Shown: positions 26,701 through 39,160 of the stretch, piece after piece
How the letters are laid out: each line of letters starts with the position of its first letter
How positions within the stretch are numbered: position 1 is the stretch's first letter
Assembly (NCBI GenBank): GCA_965645245.1
Contig: OZ287067.1
Coordinates: 868,001 to 932,000 of the forward strand
Direction: 5' to 3'
Source: Massalongia carnosa
Lineage: Eukaryota
DNA length: 64,000 nt
Notes under the pieces: generated by a model
Seen by the model: the letters and a program-made list of their open reading frames with translations, nothing else
Told to the model about the DNA's origin: nothing
The model's database searches: none
Position numbers and translations under genes: made by a program

Positions 26701-29700
26701 CGTCGAGCATGCCATTCTCATTGGGGATCACGAGCAGCTAAGGCCCCAGATCAACAACTACGAGTTCCAATACGACAATCCTAGGGGTGCAAAATTCTCT
26801 TTGGATATCTCGCTTTTCGAACGACTGGTCCATCCTCAATCTGGTTATCCGCGGCTTCCTTACAGTTCGCTGGAGGTTCAGCGTCGGATGCATCCATCGA
26901 TCGCGGAGCTGGTTAGGTCCACGCTCTATCCTAAGCTGCAAGATCACCCATCAGTATCCACGTATCCAGAAGTCGACGGAATGCGGAAACGCCTCTTCTG
27001 GCTCGATCACAACAAGAGGGAAGATGCTTCCCCCTCGAATACAGTGCAGTCATTTTCCAAGACTAATGCTTGGGAAGTAGAGATGACAGCTGCTTTGGTC
27101 TCTCATCTCGTCCGCCAAGGAGTCTACCGGAACGAAGATATCGCAGTCCTGACTCCTTATCTAGGACAGTTGCAGAAGCTCAAACAGCGCCTACGATCCT
27201 CCTTCGCGATCGTGGTCGGTGACCGAGATCTCGAAGATTTGGAGGCGAAGGGACTGGAGGGTGATAGTGAAGAAGAGACGACTGCAAATCAAGGTAATGT
27301 TCGCAAGACAACGTTGCTGAACGCTTTGAGGATCGCTAGTGTGGACAACTTCCAGGGAGAAGAGGCGAAAGTCATTGTCATCTCATTGGTCCGGAGTAAC
27401 GACGAAAGGAAGTGTGGATTCCTGAAGACGTCGAATCGTATCAACGTCTTGCTAAGTCGCGCCCGCCACAGAATGTATATCATCGGCAACACACACACCG
27501 CACGTCCTGTTCCTATGTGGGATAAGGTTATCACGATCCTCGAGAACGACGGAAACATAGGTAATACTCTAGCGCTATGCTGCCCGCGACATAAAGAAAC
27601 CCCAATCGAGGTGTCGGAGCCCGACGACTTTTCTATCTTGTCGCCCGAAGGTGGCTGCAACAGAAAGTGTATCTCACGACTTAGATGCGGACATGCCTGT
27701 ATCAATAAATGCCACTCGGAACCGCTGCATAATGCTGTTCGGTGCCTGGAGCGCTGCCAAAGGGTCAAAAAAGGCTGTGATCACGCCTGTCCGAAGTTTT
27801 GCGGAGACCCCTGCGATTCGAAATGTCAAATCCAGATGCCGAATATCGCCTTGCCTTGTGGGCACGTTCAAACAAGTTTGGCATGCCACCTTGCACAGGC
27901 TCCGGAAGCTGTTCGATGCCATGTCTTGGTTGAAGCTGTTATGCCAGATTGCAAGCATACTGTAAAGGTTCGCTGCTGCGAATTTCCACTTGCAGCAGAT
28001 CACCCATGCAACGCTACATGCGGGGCCGCTCTCGGGTGTGGCCACGACTGTAAACGGATTTGCAAAAATTGCAACCCAAGAGGTGAAGACGGCCATATCT
28101 CGGAAATTAATCACGGTGTCTGCAAGACTCAATGTAGTAGACAGTACACCACTTGCAGCCATGCGTGCTCAGAGGCATGCCATGGGGATAAGCCATGTCG
28201 GCTCTGCTTGGAGCCGTGCGAAGTTCGGTGCAGTCACTCGCGTTGCAGTAAGAAATGCCACGAGCCTTGTGTGCCTTGCGTCGAAAACTGCTCTTGGTCT
28301 TGTCCACATCGCGGCGCGTGCAAATTGCCATGTGCGGTGCCCTGTGACCTGCTTCCGTGTTCCCAACGCTGTTCGTTGCCGCTCAGTTGTGGTCATGAGT
28401 GTCCTTCTGTCTGCGGAGAAATATGTCCAGAGGCCCGATACTGTCAGAAGTGCGCCGATAAGTCGGTGAAGGATACGATGGTTGATTACATCATGGGATC
28501 CACCTACGCCGAGATTGATCTAGACGAAGGCCCTTGTATTATACCATCTTGTGGTCACATCCTCACCTTAGAAAGCATGGATGGCCACATGGAGATCGCA
28601 AAATACTACATCATCTCTGATGACACCAATGGTGAGAACTCAATTATCGGATTGAAGTCGAGGTCGGTTCCGTTCTCGACCTCGGAGCTGAAAAACTGTC
28701 CTATGTGCCGTAGCCCTCTTCGCAATATCAATAGATATGGCCGCATAGTTCGACGAGCGTGGATCGACGAGGCGACTAAGAAATTTGTTGTTTGGGCAAA
28801 CGCCCAGTTTGTTCCCTTGGCCTCCAGAATGGAGCAGGCAGAGGCCAAACTTCGAGAATCCGTCACTGAAAAGCAAGCCCCCAAATCTCCGCTGCCTGGA
28901 CAAGCGGAGCTATCTTCCGCGCTTGACAAGCTTTCCCTCGAGCAAATTGGGCTTACCGGTTCTCGTGATCAACAGATAAAGGTAGTTCTCAAGGCCTGCA
29001 AAGCAAACCCTAGATACAAGGATGTATCATGGCTCCGCAATGAAATTAAAAGATTCCTCAAGGAAGTTGATGAAGCAGAACAACCCATTAGCCGCATTCA
29101 TGATCTCGTACAAGACGCGCGTAAACATCGTGGTGTCAACACCGAAATCATTGACTTGCCGTCCGTTCTTCAAGTCCACAACAGGCTCCTAGCAACAGTG
29201 CTACTCCTCCGTTGCGACTATGCCATACTCTCCGATTTCGTCACTCACGGCTGCGACATGGCTTCAGGCGGAAATCTTGGGAACGTGTGTCTCAACCTTG
29301 CCTCAAATCGAAAAGATTGCGAGAACCTAATGCAAGAGTCGCGATCCCGGCAACAACCGGCTCACGAAGTGGAGAGTCTCCTGTACTGGGCCCGCTTCGT
29401 CGCCCTTGAGCGCAGCCGCTCTGCCAGCCTCTCGGACGCAGACACGATCGCGCTCGTCGACCGCGCCCGAGACCAACTCCACCTCGCTCGCACCATCTGC
29501 AAAACCAACCCGGGTCAAACAGCCGGCATGTCGGAGGAAGTGTCCGCAGCGGAGAAAATGCTGCGCGACTCGACATTCTACGCGCCGGTGACGAATGTGG
29601 AGAAGGCGGCTGTGTACGCTGCCATGGCGCAGAGCTTTCAGGGTACGGGCCACTGGTACTACTGCGCCAATGGGCATCCGTTCACGGTGGGCGATTGCGG

Positions 29701-29827
29701 CATGCCGATGGAGACGTCCAGGTGTCCCCAGTGTGGGGCTACTGTGGGTGGGGCCCACCATCAACCTGCAGACGGGGTTAGGCGGGCAGAAGACTTGGAA
29801 GCGGAGTTTGGGAGGCGAGGCCGGTAG
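23784..29827 (+). CDS. ZNFX1/NFX1-type SF1 RNA helicase with CCCH fingers, NF-X1 Zn-finger array, RING-like region and C-terminal RZ-type finger (about 1,995 aa)
   Basis: Two N-terminal CCCH fingers. Helicase motifs QGPPGTGKS, EEAGE, IGDHEQL, DNFQGEE and NVLLSRARH. Cys/His-rich CGH repeats, CIIPSCGH..CPMCR, and terminal GHWYYCANGHPFTVGDCG..CPQCG. A short first exon starts at ATG 23784. Confidence 0.92.
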
Positions 29828-30945
29828 ATCTCGTTAGATGCTGGAAGGGTTGTCAGTGGTAGAAAGCCGATGCGGCGTTCTTGTTCCAGTCAAAAAAAGG
29901 GAGGGAAATCACTTGACCGGTGCCAGAGTGCCGCGATAAGCGAGGTGGCAGTAGGTCACATTCAGGCTGAAATTGCTCTGCATATGCAGAATCCCTATTT
30001 ACGCGTGGAACTCCAAGGAATGCCCCACCTCCTATCAAACCCTTCAACAAACTAGAGGTAATGTTCTGCATCCCGGTAAGATCTCCCCCATTTCCTTTCA
30101 AACTCATCCAACTCGAAGGCCGGCCGAGTGTGGACGTCATTGAAGCGATGACTGGGATGCACAAGGAGGAGGAAGGCTGACTTCGAAGGCAGCTCACAAT
30201 AGCCGAGGTAGGCGATGGAGTCAGGAAAGAGTCTAAATACGGCGTCACAATGCCGATGGTGAGGGAGAGATACAAGAGTGTAGTGTAATGTTCATTAACT
30301 CCCATCTCTCATGCAAGTCGATCAACGTAGGGAAAGTTCTCCTCGCGATCTGATCGATGCTGTTGCGCCGGAGTAGGATGATCGTAAATGGCCGGCTTTT
30401 ACCCAGTCTAAAAGTAGAACGATGTGTTTCAGGCGGCGGACGATCCCGATGACTCATTGAACAAATTAGGTTACTGTCGCAGCCCCAAAGCTGTGCCGCC
30501 GCCAAGGCTTCATTGCCTGCCAACCACCACACCTTGTGTCGGCGTGTTCATAACACCATCCCACAGCGCACCAGCGGCAATAAAGACGTGTGCCTCCCGT
30601 CCCCTCATTCCCAATCATGATGTCCCCACCACGAGCAAAATCGGATGTAAAGAGATATGGGCGGCAACCTTTGCTGGACCCATTGAAAACCCAAGGTAAA
30701 ATAGCCACCATACATTCCAAACCGTCCTTCAGCTGACAACCTACAGCAGCACAACCACGCGGTATCAAACGAAAAAAGTCGATTACGCCTGTTCGTAAGA
30801 GCGCACGTCTACAAGAGGGGAAACGCCTTTGTCAACAACCGGATATTCAAGAACAACTATTGCAACTTCCTTCACCGACCAGTCTCACGCCTGACAAAGA
30901 GGTATGTTCTACAATCCCTCGGCGTACAACTGCGACCACTGACTT

Positions 30946-32361
30946 ATGCCAAAGCGTCCACAGGAATCATTCAACCCTTCCAATCTAGATCGAAAGCGGA
31001 AACGGAAACGAAGTGAAGAGCTTGGACAGAATTACACACCTGAGGCCAAAAGAGCTGCCTATACACCTTCCGAACGCCGGGAAAGCCTTACCCGAAAACG
31101 TCAACGAACCTCACCTGCAAAACGTGCTGTTGCAACACGTACAGGCCTTCGTAGTGACACCAAGAACCGCGAAGTCAACCCCATCCAGCGTTGGATCGAA
31201 GAAGGAAGTTGGTCTGGAGGAAATTTCAAGCAAGACAGCAGCATGACTCATTCCCTTACCCGGAAGAGGTCGACTCCGTCTCTCAGCAAACATGAATCGG
31301 ATATAACTGGCGTTTCTTTAAGAGAGGGAAAGAACCCTCTCGTCAAGAGCCGGCGCTACGAGCAAATACTTGTATCTGCTGGCATTTATATGGATGATGA
31401 CGACAAGGTAGCCGCTACGAAAGAATGCAAGGCTCTATGCCAGACCCTACTCAATACGGACCAGGCAGTGCCTCATGATTCTCTCTTCAACGATGACTTA
31501 TTCAAAAGGGTTTGCCAAAGGATCCGTAATAAAAACGAAGCCAGGGTTGTCCGTGATCTCTTACCTCTCCTCGTTCCTTCCGCCGAAATTGTCTACCTTC
31601 GCGGTGCTACAAACCTCGAACATCTAATCGAAACCGTTGATGAAGGTTGGATCAAATCCATTCCCCTCGTCAAAGGTCCTCGCCCGCAGCCCGACTTTGC
31701 CGTAGGGCTCAGATCATCTGCATTCACCTCTGAGCAACTTAAGAAATTGCAACCGTCTATCGGTGATTGGCAGACTACATCTCGTCTAGTGGCTACAGAT
31801 GAGATGTATTTCCCATTCCTGACAGCGGAGGTGAAATGCGGCAACGAAGCACTCAACATCGCGGATCGGCAAAACGTTCATAGCGCCGCCGTCGCGGCAA
31901 ATGCTGTCGTCGAGTTGTATAGATTGGTATCGCGTCAAGACGAGCTCAACCGAAAAATTCTCACCTTCTCAGTTTCGCACGACCATCGGGCTGTAAGGAT
32001 CTATGGCCATTACGTTTTGATCAATGGGAAGGATACCTCTTTCTACCGCCATTTACTTCGAGACTTCAGTATTACCGATCAAGATGGCAAAGACAAGTGG
32101 ACTGCCTACATGTTCACCCTGAGCGTTTACAACGACTTTCGTCGAATCCATCACGACAGAATTACTTCCGCAGCTGATCAGCTGCCTGACCCAGAAGACT
32201 TCGCTGTAGAGTCCTTCTCCCAGCAATCAAACCTTGAGTCATTCGAACAGAACGATAGCCAGTTGACCGCCTTATACTCACAACAGACAGAGCCGGAACT
32301 TCCGTCATCTCAGACCTCTGAACCTGTGTTCAAAAAACCAAAGGGGAAAGGCAAGAAGTAA
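30946..32361 (+). CDS. Fungal PD-(D/E)XK-fold-like protein (DUF7924-like)
   Basis: PQPDFAVG, YFPFLTAEVKCG, ADRQN.HS and VRIYGHY motifs after a basic low-complexity N-terminus. The true 5' end may include an upstream exon ending at about 30901. Confidence 0.7.
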   Translation: MPKRPQESFNPSNLDRKRKRKRSEELGQNYTPEAKRAAYTPSERRESLTRKRQRTSPAKRAVATRTGLRSDTKNREVNPIQRWIEEGSWSGGNFKQDSSMTHSLTRKRSTPSLSKHESDITGVSLREGKNPLVKSRRYEQILVSAGIYMDDDDKVAATKECKALCQTLLNTDQAVPHDSLFNDDLFKRVCQRIRNKNEARVVRDLLPLLVPSAEIVYLRGATNLEHLIETVDEGWIKSIPLVKGPRPQPDFAVGLRSSAFTSEQLKKLQPSIGDWQTTSRLVATDEMYFPFLTAEVKCGNEALNIADRQNVHSAAVAANAVVELYRLVSRQDELNRKILTFSVSHDHRAVRIYGHYVLINGKDTSFYRHLLRDFSITDQDGKDKWTAYMFTLSVYNDFRRIHHDRITSAADQLPDPEDFAVESFSQQSNLESFEQNDSQLTALYSQQTEPELPSSQTSEPVFKKPKGKGKK

Positions 32362-32696
32362 TTGAATTATTGGGGAAACGAGGGAGTATATCTTCACAAG
32401 TCTTCAATCTTGCACTCGAGGCGGCCTTGACTATAAAGTTAGAGAGATGTAGGGTTTTACAATCGACGTTTTCAAGGTAATCATAGCATAATTCTTATAC
32501 ATCTACCACCACGCCAAGTCTTCTTTCAATCTCCCAGTCCCAAACCTATCATATAGCCCAGCCACATCATTATCGGAAAATTTTATGCCTCCCAACCCTC
32601 GCAGTACTGACATGTTCTGGGCTGCAGTCAAGGTGCGTCTGCCAGCAAGGGCGCGATATCCATTGTTTTCTGCCTCCTTGAGATCCACAGCTTGAG

Positions 32697-32783
32697 GCAT
32701 CCACAACTGGAAGCATCCGGAATTGGCGACATCCACAAATAGCGACATCCAGAAGTGGCGGCATCCAGAATTGGCGGCACCCA
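32697..32783. repeat. Short imperfect tandem array (about 16-bp unit, CATCCAGAATTGGCG-like)
   Basis: 5-6 imperfect units read directly. Confidence 0.6.
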
Positions 32784-33835
32784 TGATTAGTACATAAGGA
32801 CTGGAAGCTTCGGTATATATTTTATCAGGTCCCACTCATAATAGTAACGGTGTCAGAGTTGTCGATTGAGATAATAGTGAAACTGACTCAAGAAACATGT
32901 GCCTTATTATCATTTTTCGATCAAGGCCTTACAACGGACGCCCTCCCCAGCCTTTCAAAAGTCCGTTAAGCAGATGGCTGCGCCGCAAATTCTCACACTT
33001 TTTTAACAATTACGACATGCTTTCTGATAAGCCGTCTCAACCATCGCCACTCGATGTTGCTCCTAGGGATCCGCCTACTCGGGGAAGTGAGGAAGCAATT
33101 TTCGCTCCCCAAACAACCGGAAGCGCTCCTCCATACACTTCAGAGAGATCCTTCCATAAGTCAAATCAGCATTCAATTTGGGCTGGGTTTTGATTGGTCG
33201 TTTAATTGCCACGGTTTGGGAATAGGGATTCGGGTTAGGATCTTTTGACGGCTGAGGTAGAGGGTTGTATTGTTAAAGACCATTCTTGTCTATGCACACG
33301 TCTATAGCAATGGAACCAGTTCATGTCTTATTGTTTGTCCTGAGACACCCAATAGTATATTTTAACCCGTTTTGTAAAATTAACGGATATTTTGGACAAA
33401 GGAGGGGCAGGAGAGGTGGAAGCGGAAATCTATTGCAATTTTTAAGGACCTGAGAAAGAGAGAAGATCAGGGCATACATAAAAGCGAAAGCAACACCACC
33501 GAGCATCTAATTCTGGCATCTGCCAAAGCAACCTCGATCAATGATGAACGCACGACTCTCGACAGTGCTCCTAAATTGGCTTTTACACGAGTGCTCCAGA
33601 AATGACCCCCTCAGAAATTTGGAGTTCTTATATAGGGATCAATACACGAAAGAGACATCACCAAAAGGTCACTGTACGAAGAGTGCTAGAATTAGTCATA
33701 TACTGACCAATCTTCAGGTATGAGAGCACTTTACAATGAAGTCATATAAGACAGCTCGGACCATGTCTGCATTCCGACAGATTTGGCCTTCTCTCCTGCG
33801 TAAAGACAGAAAGTGCGGACAAATGGCGCTCCATC

Positions 33836-34474
33836 TTGACCGATCCATCGATGGCAATGTTACTGCACCAGCAAGACAAGAACGTTAATCAACTGCAAAG
33901 CATGTTGCAAGAGCGTTCTATCTCCGGTCGGGAGACCTTCGCCTCCACCATCACGCTCCTTACGACGAAGATAGGCGTTGTCGAAAACGAGGATGAGTTC
34001 TCATATGTTCGCACCGTTCTGGAGGTCTTCGTCCTTTATTCCATCACCACATCAGACTTCGCCTGGATGCGTGACAGCCGCGCTGCGTACATAGGGAGAC
34101 AAACCGAAATTATGTCAGAGATCACCTTCTTTCTTAGTCAAATACCTTCCCCTTTGGATGCTGGTTCAAGTGAGCATTGTCTTCGGTTGGCTGCGTTGCG
34201 GGAGAAGATATCGCGCCGCGAACACTGTCGCTCCGAGATCATTAAAATGATTGTCGAGTTGGCAAACACTCTGCCGTTAGATCTTCCATTCGTGACTTAC
34301 GACCACGAAAGTTCATCCCACCGGCTCAATGCCTTCAAATTTGTAAAAAATCTAAAACCTACCGGGTATCACTGGATTGCCATGGCTTACTGCCTTGCAA
34401 TAGAGCACAAGGACTACGATCCTCCTCCAGCATACGTCGATGGCTTAGGTCGACACGCTATCAGAATGGCTTAA
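33836..34474 (+). CDS. Hypothetical protein (likely last exon of a spliced gene)
   Basis: 212-codon ORF with helical protein-like composition, ending DPPPAY. The 5' structure is unresolved. Confidence 0.45.
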   Translation: MTDPSMAMLLHQQDKNVNQLQSMLQERSISGRETFASTITLLTTKIGVVENEDEFSYVRTVLEVFVLYSITTSDFAWMRDSRAAYIGRQTEIMSEITFFLSQIPSPLDAGSSEHCLRLAALREKISRREHCRSEIIKMIVELANTLPLDLPFVTYDHESSSHRLNAFKFVKNLKPTGYHWIAMAYCLAIEHKDYDPPPAYVDGLGRHAIRMA

Positions 34475-34774
34475 ACTACAGTTGGAAGGACTTGACAGAT
34501 TAGAAGCTAAACCGTTGACAATAGGTGGAGGGTAAAGATCTAAAAAACCTATCATGTCAGGCCAATCATAGTATTATCTTCGATGTTATCGTTGGCCATT
34601 TTTCTCAACTAAGATAGTCCAGTTTCATAATCAGTATAAATCAATTCAAGCAAATGAAGTTCGAAATCAATAGGTTGTACCTCCTTAAATTATCAGTCAC
34701 TGCACATTTTTGGACATGCCCTGACCTATTAAGCATCCCCTCTGTCTTTTCGGAGCAGCTAGCGGGTTGAGCGG

Positions 34775-35236
34775 GTAACGTCCGTCCCTGGGTCGAGAGA
34801 CGCACCCCGTCGAGAGACGAATCATAGGTACTTTGGATTCGGGCGACTCTAACTCTGTGAACGCATCGAAATTTCCCGTAGTTTCGTATCAATCTCGTTA
34901 TGCGGCCACTCCCGAGCACTCCTTACCCGGCTACTCCAAGAATTACGATCGCGTCGTCGCCTTCGCGCCCGGTTACTGAGAGCATCCTTTTATGGTGTAT
35001 CAAGACCCCTCGACCCATAGCACCACCATCGAGCTCTTTTCGCCTTTTGAACTCATAGGACGGTTGATCTGGGTTTCCCAATCTCACTACAATGTTGAGA
35101 AGTTATTGTCAGCCTTGTGACGGGCGTGGCGCTCTGTGTTTTATGGCGTTACCATATCGGTTGGTACCTCGTATTTAGCGATTAAGGATTCCTGGTCGGG
35201 GGAAGACATCTCGGTACATCCCGTGTAATAATTACG
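34775..35236 (+). repeat. Dispersed internal repeat, copy A (about 460 bp; inverted relative to 53323-53776)
   Basis: Begins GTAACGTCCGTCCCTGGGTCGAGAGACGCACCCCGTCGAGAGACG. Aligned by eye to the reverse complement of 53323-53776 along its length. Confidence 0.8.
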
Positions 35237-35420
35237 GCGTATCGTATCTTACATGATACGAGCAAGTCAGAGCCTGTGGCTGTTGCGCCTGTGGCTTTAT
35301 TACACGCGACTGTTGAGTCACACCTCTAAGCCATAAGCTCGGCCTGAGAACAGCGCTTAATGCAGAGAACGAATATTCCCCTTTCGCCGGAGACCTACGA
35401 CTACAGATATAAGAAGATCC

Positions 35421-35927
35421 ATGCCGAGTACCAAACCGCAAAGCAGACACACTATGACCACCCCGAACCCAAGCTCTCTCATTCCCTCAGAGTTCGATGA
35501 CGAGGTTGACGGCTCTGACCTCCCCTCCGGACACATATGGGCCTACCCATGCAAGCTTCTCTCATGTCCTGACTATGGCAAGTCCTGGCTGCTGCGAAGC
35601 AACTTTCTCGACCATTTGCAGGATCGAGTGGCACATATACCCACACCAGCGACACCTGCTGCACGTCGTTCGATTGAGCTAGCGTGGCGGTATGCCACTG
35701 ATCCCTATCTACCGCCTCGAGCGGCCCCAGGTTTTCGTTCCCAAGAAGATCCAGACGAGCAAGTCTGGGATTACGGGTTCAAAGATGATACCGGCAAGGT
35801 CATAACTGGCACGGGCACACTGAAGGAAATGGAAATACACAAGGCTGCACTGCGCCGGCAAGCGGAGGAGAAGGAAGGTAACGATAACGAGCACAACGAC
35901 TGCGAGAACGGTCACCGCAAGGCATAA
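35421..35927 (+). CDS. Hypothetical protein with C2H2-like Zn finger
   Basis: YPCKLLSCPDYGKSW..SNFLDHLQ..H pattern in a 168-aa ORF. Confidence 0.55.
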   Translation: MPSTKPQSRHTMTTPNPSSLIPSEFDDEVDGSDLPSGHIWAYPCKLLSCPDYGKSWLLRSNFLDHLQDRVAHIPTPATPAARRSIELAWRYATDPYLPPRAAPGFRSQEDPDEQVWDYGFKDDTGKVITGTGTLKEMEIHKAALRRQAEEKEGNDNEHNDCENGHRKA

Positions 35928-36439
35928 CAAGCACGGCAGAGGGATACTGAAGGCTGGTCTCTGTCTCCATTTGCCTGTCTTTACGACCACTGCGCCGGAA
36001 ATACGACGAGGATCAACTCTCTAACGATTACTATATATAGCAATAGCTAGCCACGTTCAGCATCCTCCGCTATCACATCCGCACCACTGGGGCTCTCCAT
36101 GGCTTTGGCGCAATCTCATCCTCCTCAACCTGCGCTTCACTCATCCGCGCCATTGGGGCCCTCGCTGACGCTTCGCTCATCTGCGCAACTTTGGCCTTTG
36201 GCTCCCCAAGCATTTCACGAATGTTTTCAAGCGTCCAGGAGCGTTATTCTGCTACGCAATCGAAGTCATTGCTCAAGGGCTGTGGCTAATGAGATCGAAC
36301 TTGTCCTGGTGGGTGGGGTAAAAATTCCCTAGGTGCAGAAACAAAGACTGCTGAGGATCGATTACAGTGAATCGCAAAATCAGCTTACGAATTTTACTGA
36401 CTTGGCTATTCTGCGGATTTCAACCCGCTTCATAGCCTG

Positions 36440-38407
36440 CTAAAAAGAATAATCTGAATCTGAATCGAAATTGTAATCTGGCTCCTCCTCCGTGGTCACA
36501 TCTATCGCACTGTTGACAGTTTCCCCCTTCTCCCACTGATCTAGTCTCGCCTTTTGCTTGGTCGTAAGTCTGAATCGCTCCTCATATGCAACCCGAGTCA
36601 CCCGCTTCGTACGGTACTTAAAAGTCCCGGGATGAGATACTACAAACATAAATGCATTGAAAAGGTTATTGCTGTCTTTCGACTCGTCTCCGAACTGAGT
36701 GTGCAGTATCAGATACAAGAGCTGGAAAGCTGTATCGCGGGCCAAGCTCTTATTACCGGGAATCGATCGTCTTTCCTCTGGGTCGTAGTCCGCTTTACCC
36801 ACTTTCAGATTGGCAGTTACCTCATTGATAGACATGCCACTTAGAACATCGACGTTGAGAAATTTGTACGTTTCGAAGAGAGTTCGGTACTGCGAGAGGT
36901 CGGTAGGCAGCGATCGGAAACATTGGCGGTAGCCCATTTCAATTCCTTTGAGAGCCATATCGAAATGTTTGATTGGCTCATGAATAAACTCAGTTGCTTC
37001 CGGCTGAGTAATCTTTTGGAGTCGAACAAAGGATGCGAAGTATGGTATCTTGGACACATTAACGCTGTAATCCATGTCTCCAATTCTGATTGTAGTTTTG
37101 AGATCATCTCCCGTGGTTCCAATCTGCAGAAGTCTCCATGTTAGCGCCATGGTCGTGATTGTTTTCGAATGTCGCTTACCGCAGACATACTCGCTTGCCT
37201 TTTTTGAGCAATCTTGGGTCCTTGTGTACTGTCATTTTGAGTGTCAGTGTCCGCTTCAAGGTTCTGAACATCATCCCATTTCGAATACAAGTCTTTCGGT
37301 AGCATCTCTTTCCTTTCAACCTTGCAGACCACCAACTTATCTCCCTCCACATTATACTTGAGGACAGCGTTACCCCCACACTCCTTCACAAGATTGATAA
37401 TTTTTCGAATCAGTGCTGCCAGTTTCCTCAGGTCATTCTGCTTGCGTTCTTCCTAACTCTTAATTTGGGCGGTGACATCTTCAACCACTGGTCTCTGAAA
37501 AGTACCATTCTGGTGGCTTGCTCACACAAGCTTAGGAGTTTGAGATACCCAGAGTTGTGGTGCAACCTCTTGAATCTCAAGGGACTTATGGAAGACTCGT
37601 GTTTTGATTTCAAGGGTTGATTCCAGCGGTACTACCTGGCCTTCCTCTTTGATCATCAATTTGGACCCAGTAGGAATAATACCAGGAGGATTGTTGGCTG
37701 GAGATATAGACAATGCTCCCACCATGCTAGCGATATCTTCCAGTGTGTGGTTCTTTGCTTTGGAAGAAGACGTCCTCGTGTCTGTTTCAACGTATCCGTC
37801 CGTTTCGTGGCGGACAATAAAATTCATGTCACTGAAGCGGTAGGAGATGATCCTGTGATGTCCAGTGCTACCGCTGACCTCGGTAATAGTATACGCTTTC
37901 TCGAATTCGTGACCAAAGCCTCTGAACTCTTGCGGTCCGATATACTCGATAGTCTTGGCCTCGTCACGGCTGAATATTGCGGTATTCTTCGTTATCTCGA
38001 TGTTTATGGTGAATGCTTCGAGCCCGTTTCTAGTGGAGCTAGGGTCGACAAACGACAGGAGCTTACGGATGTTGTTTCGGTCAGTAACAACATCAGTCCA
38101 ACGGATATCGAATGAAGGATTTGTGGTATACAATGCACGGAAAAGCGGTTCAAGAGGACTCTCTGGATGGCGAGCTGCATTCTGGGCAATGTAGATGAGG
38201 CCAGAGTCCTTTTTCAGCCGTCGAGAAACTCCTGGAGCTGACCAAAGAGCAGGACTGCCAGGGGACAGCGATTGTGGGATTGGTATTAGGTGCCTCAATC
38301 CAGTTATAAAAAAACAGGAGCTTGACGTCAGTGATTGAAGCCGACACCGGAGTTTCGAGTTCTCGGAGATCCAGGCGAGAGATCTCGGATACGCTTATAG
38401 GTGTCAT
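36440..38407 (-). pseudogene. Disrupted gene with Rai1/DXO-like PD-(D/E)XK nuclease-fold motifs; ORF 36440-37150 is probably its last exon
   Basis: YNWIEA..IAVPGSP, DVVTDRNNIRKLL, RHETDGY and LEIKT..PQLWVSQTP. Frameshift near 38280 and in-frame stops at about 37522 and 37455. A GTAAGC..GCTAAC..CAG intron near 37180-37125 links to the 36440 ORF. Confidence 0.6.
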
Positions 38408-38610
38408 GGCTGAAGCTGGGACAGATAAGGTGATCTAGAGACAGTGCTGAGAGATGAAATGACATGAAAGTGCGGGGTAGATGCAAGGCTTAAGGTCAAG
38501 AAAAGAATTGCTCCCTTGCCTGACTCTCCTCATATCCACGGAATTCTTTTCCATCAGTCCTAAATCAACATACTCTCAACACTCTCCTTCAAGCTGCAAC
38601 CATCCTCATC

Positions 38611-38796
38611 ATGCCTGGCAGAAGGAGGAAGTCCACTCTAAAGTCCACTCCAAAGTCCACTCCAAAGCCACTCAAGCCTTGGTCTATGTATTCATCATAC
38701 CATGATGCGGTGTCCGATTTGCTTGAAGAGCACGTTTTCTTCTTCGATTTTCACAGGCAACAATGTAACCTGGCACGGGGTCGTAGACACTTCTAG
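38611..38796 (+). pseudogene. Truncated N-terminal fragment resembling fungal zf-3CxxC-family proteins
   Basis: WSMYSSYHDAVSDLLEE..FFFDFH resembles the usual N-terminus of that family, but the Cys domain is missing. Confidence 0.35.
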
Positions 38797-39160
38797 AAAT
38801 CTGCCACTATGCGCCACAATCATCCTGAAGGCTATTCTGAAAGAGGGATAGCGGTAAAGTATGATTCAGTTCGATACAGTATGATGTAAGCACGCTACTG
38901 CACGCCAATGCGCACTAAAACATGACGCCACGTCGGGAGGCTGCCGAGCCCACCCTCTCCGCTCGGCGAAACTCCCGGAATGCATCTTTAAAGCCTGGAG
39001 CCATAATCTTTCGGAATGAGACTATTATATAATAGCTCCGAAATTCGAAGAGATAAAGATGGTTGTGATTAAGCAGGGGGTACACAGTTGAAGCAGCTCT
39101 CGTTGCGGTGGCGACACGACTGATAGCATTACATTCTTGGGTGAGAGATTGAGCCGAATT

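Noticed and set aside
29853..30305. 150-aa minus-strand ORF downstream of the helicase
   Set aside because: No recognisable domain; it could be a gene relic but cannot be supported.
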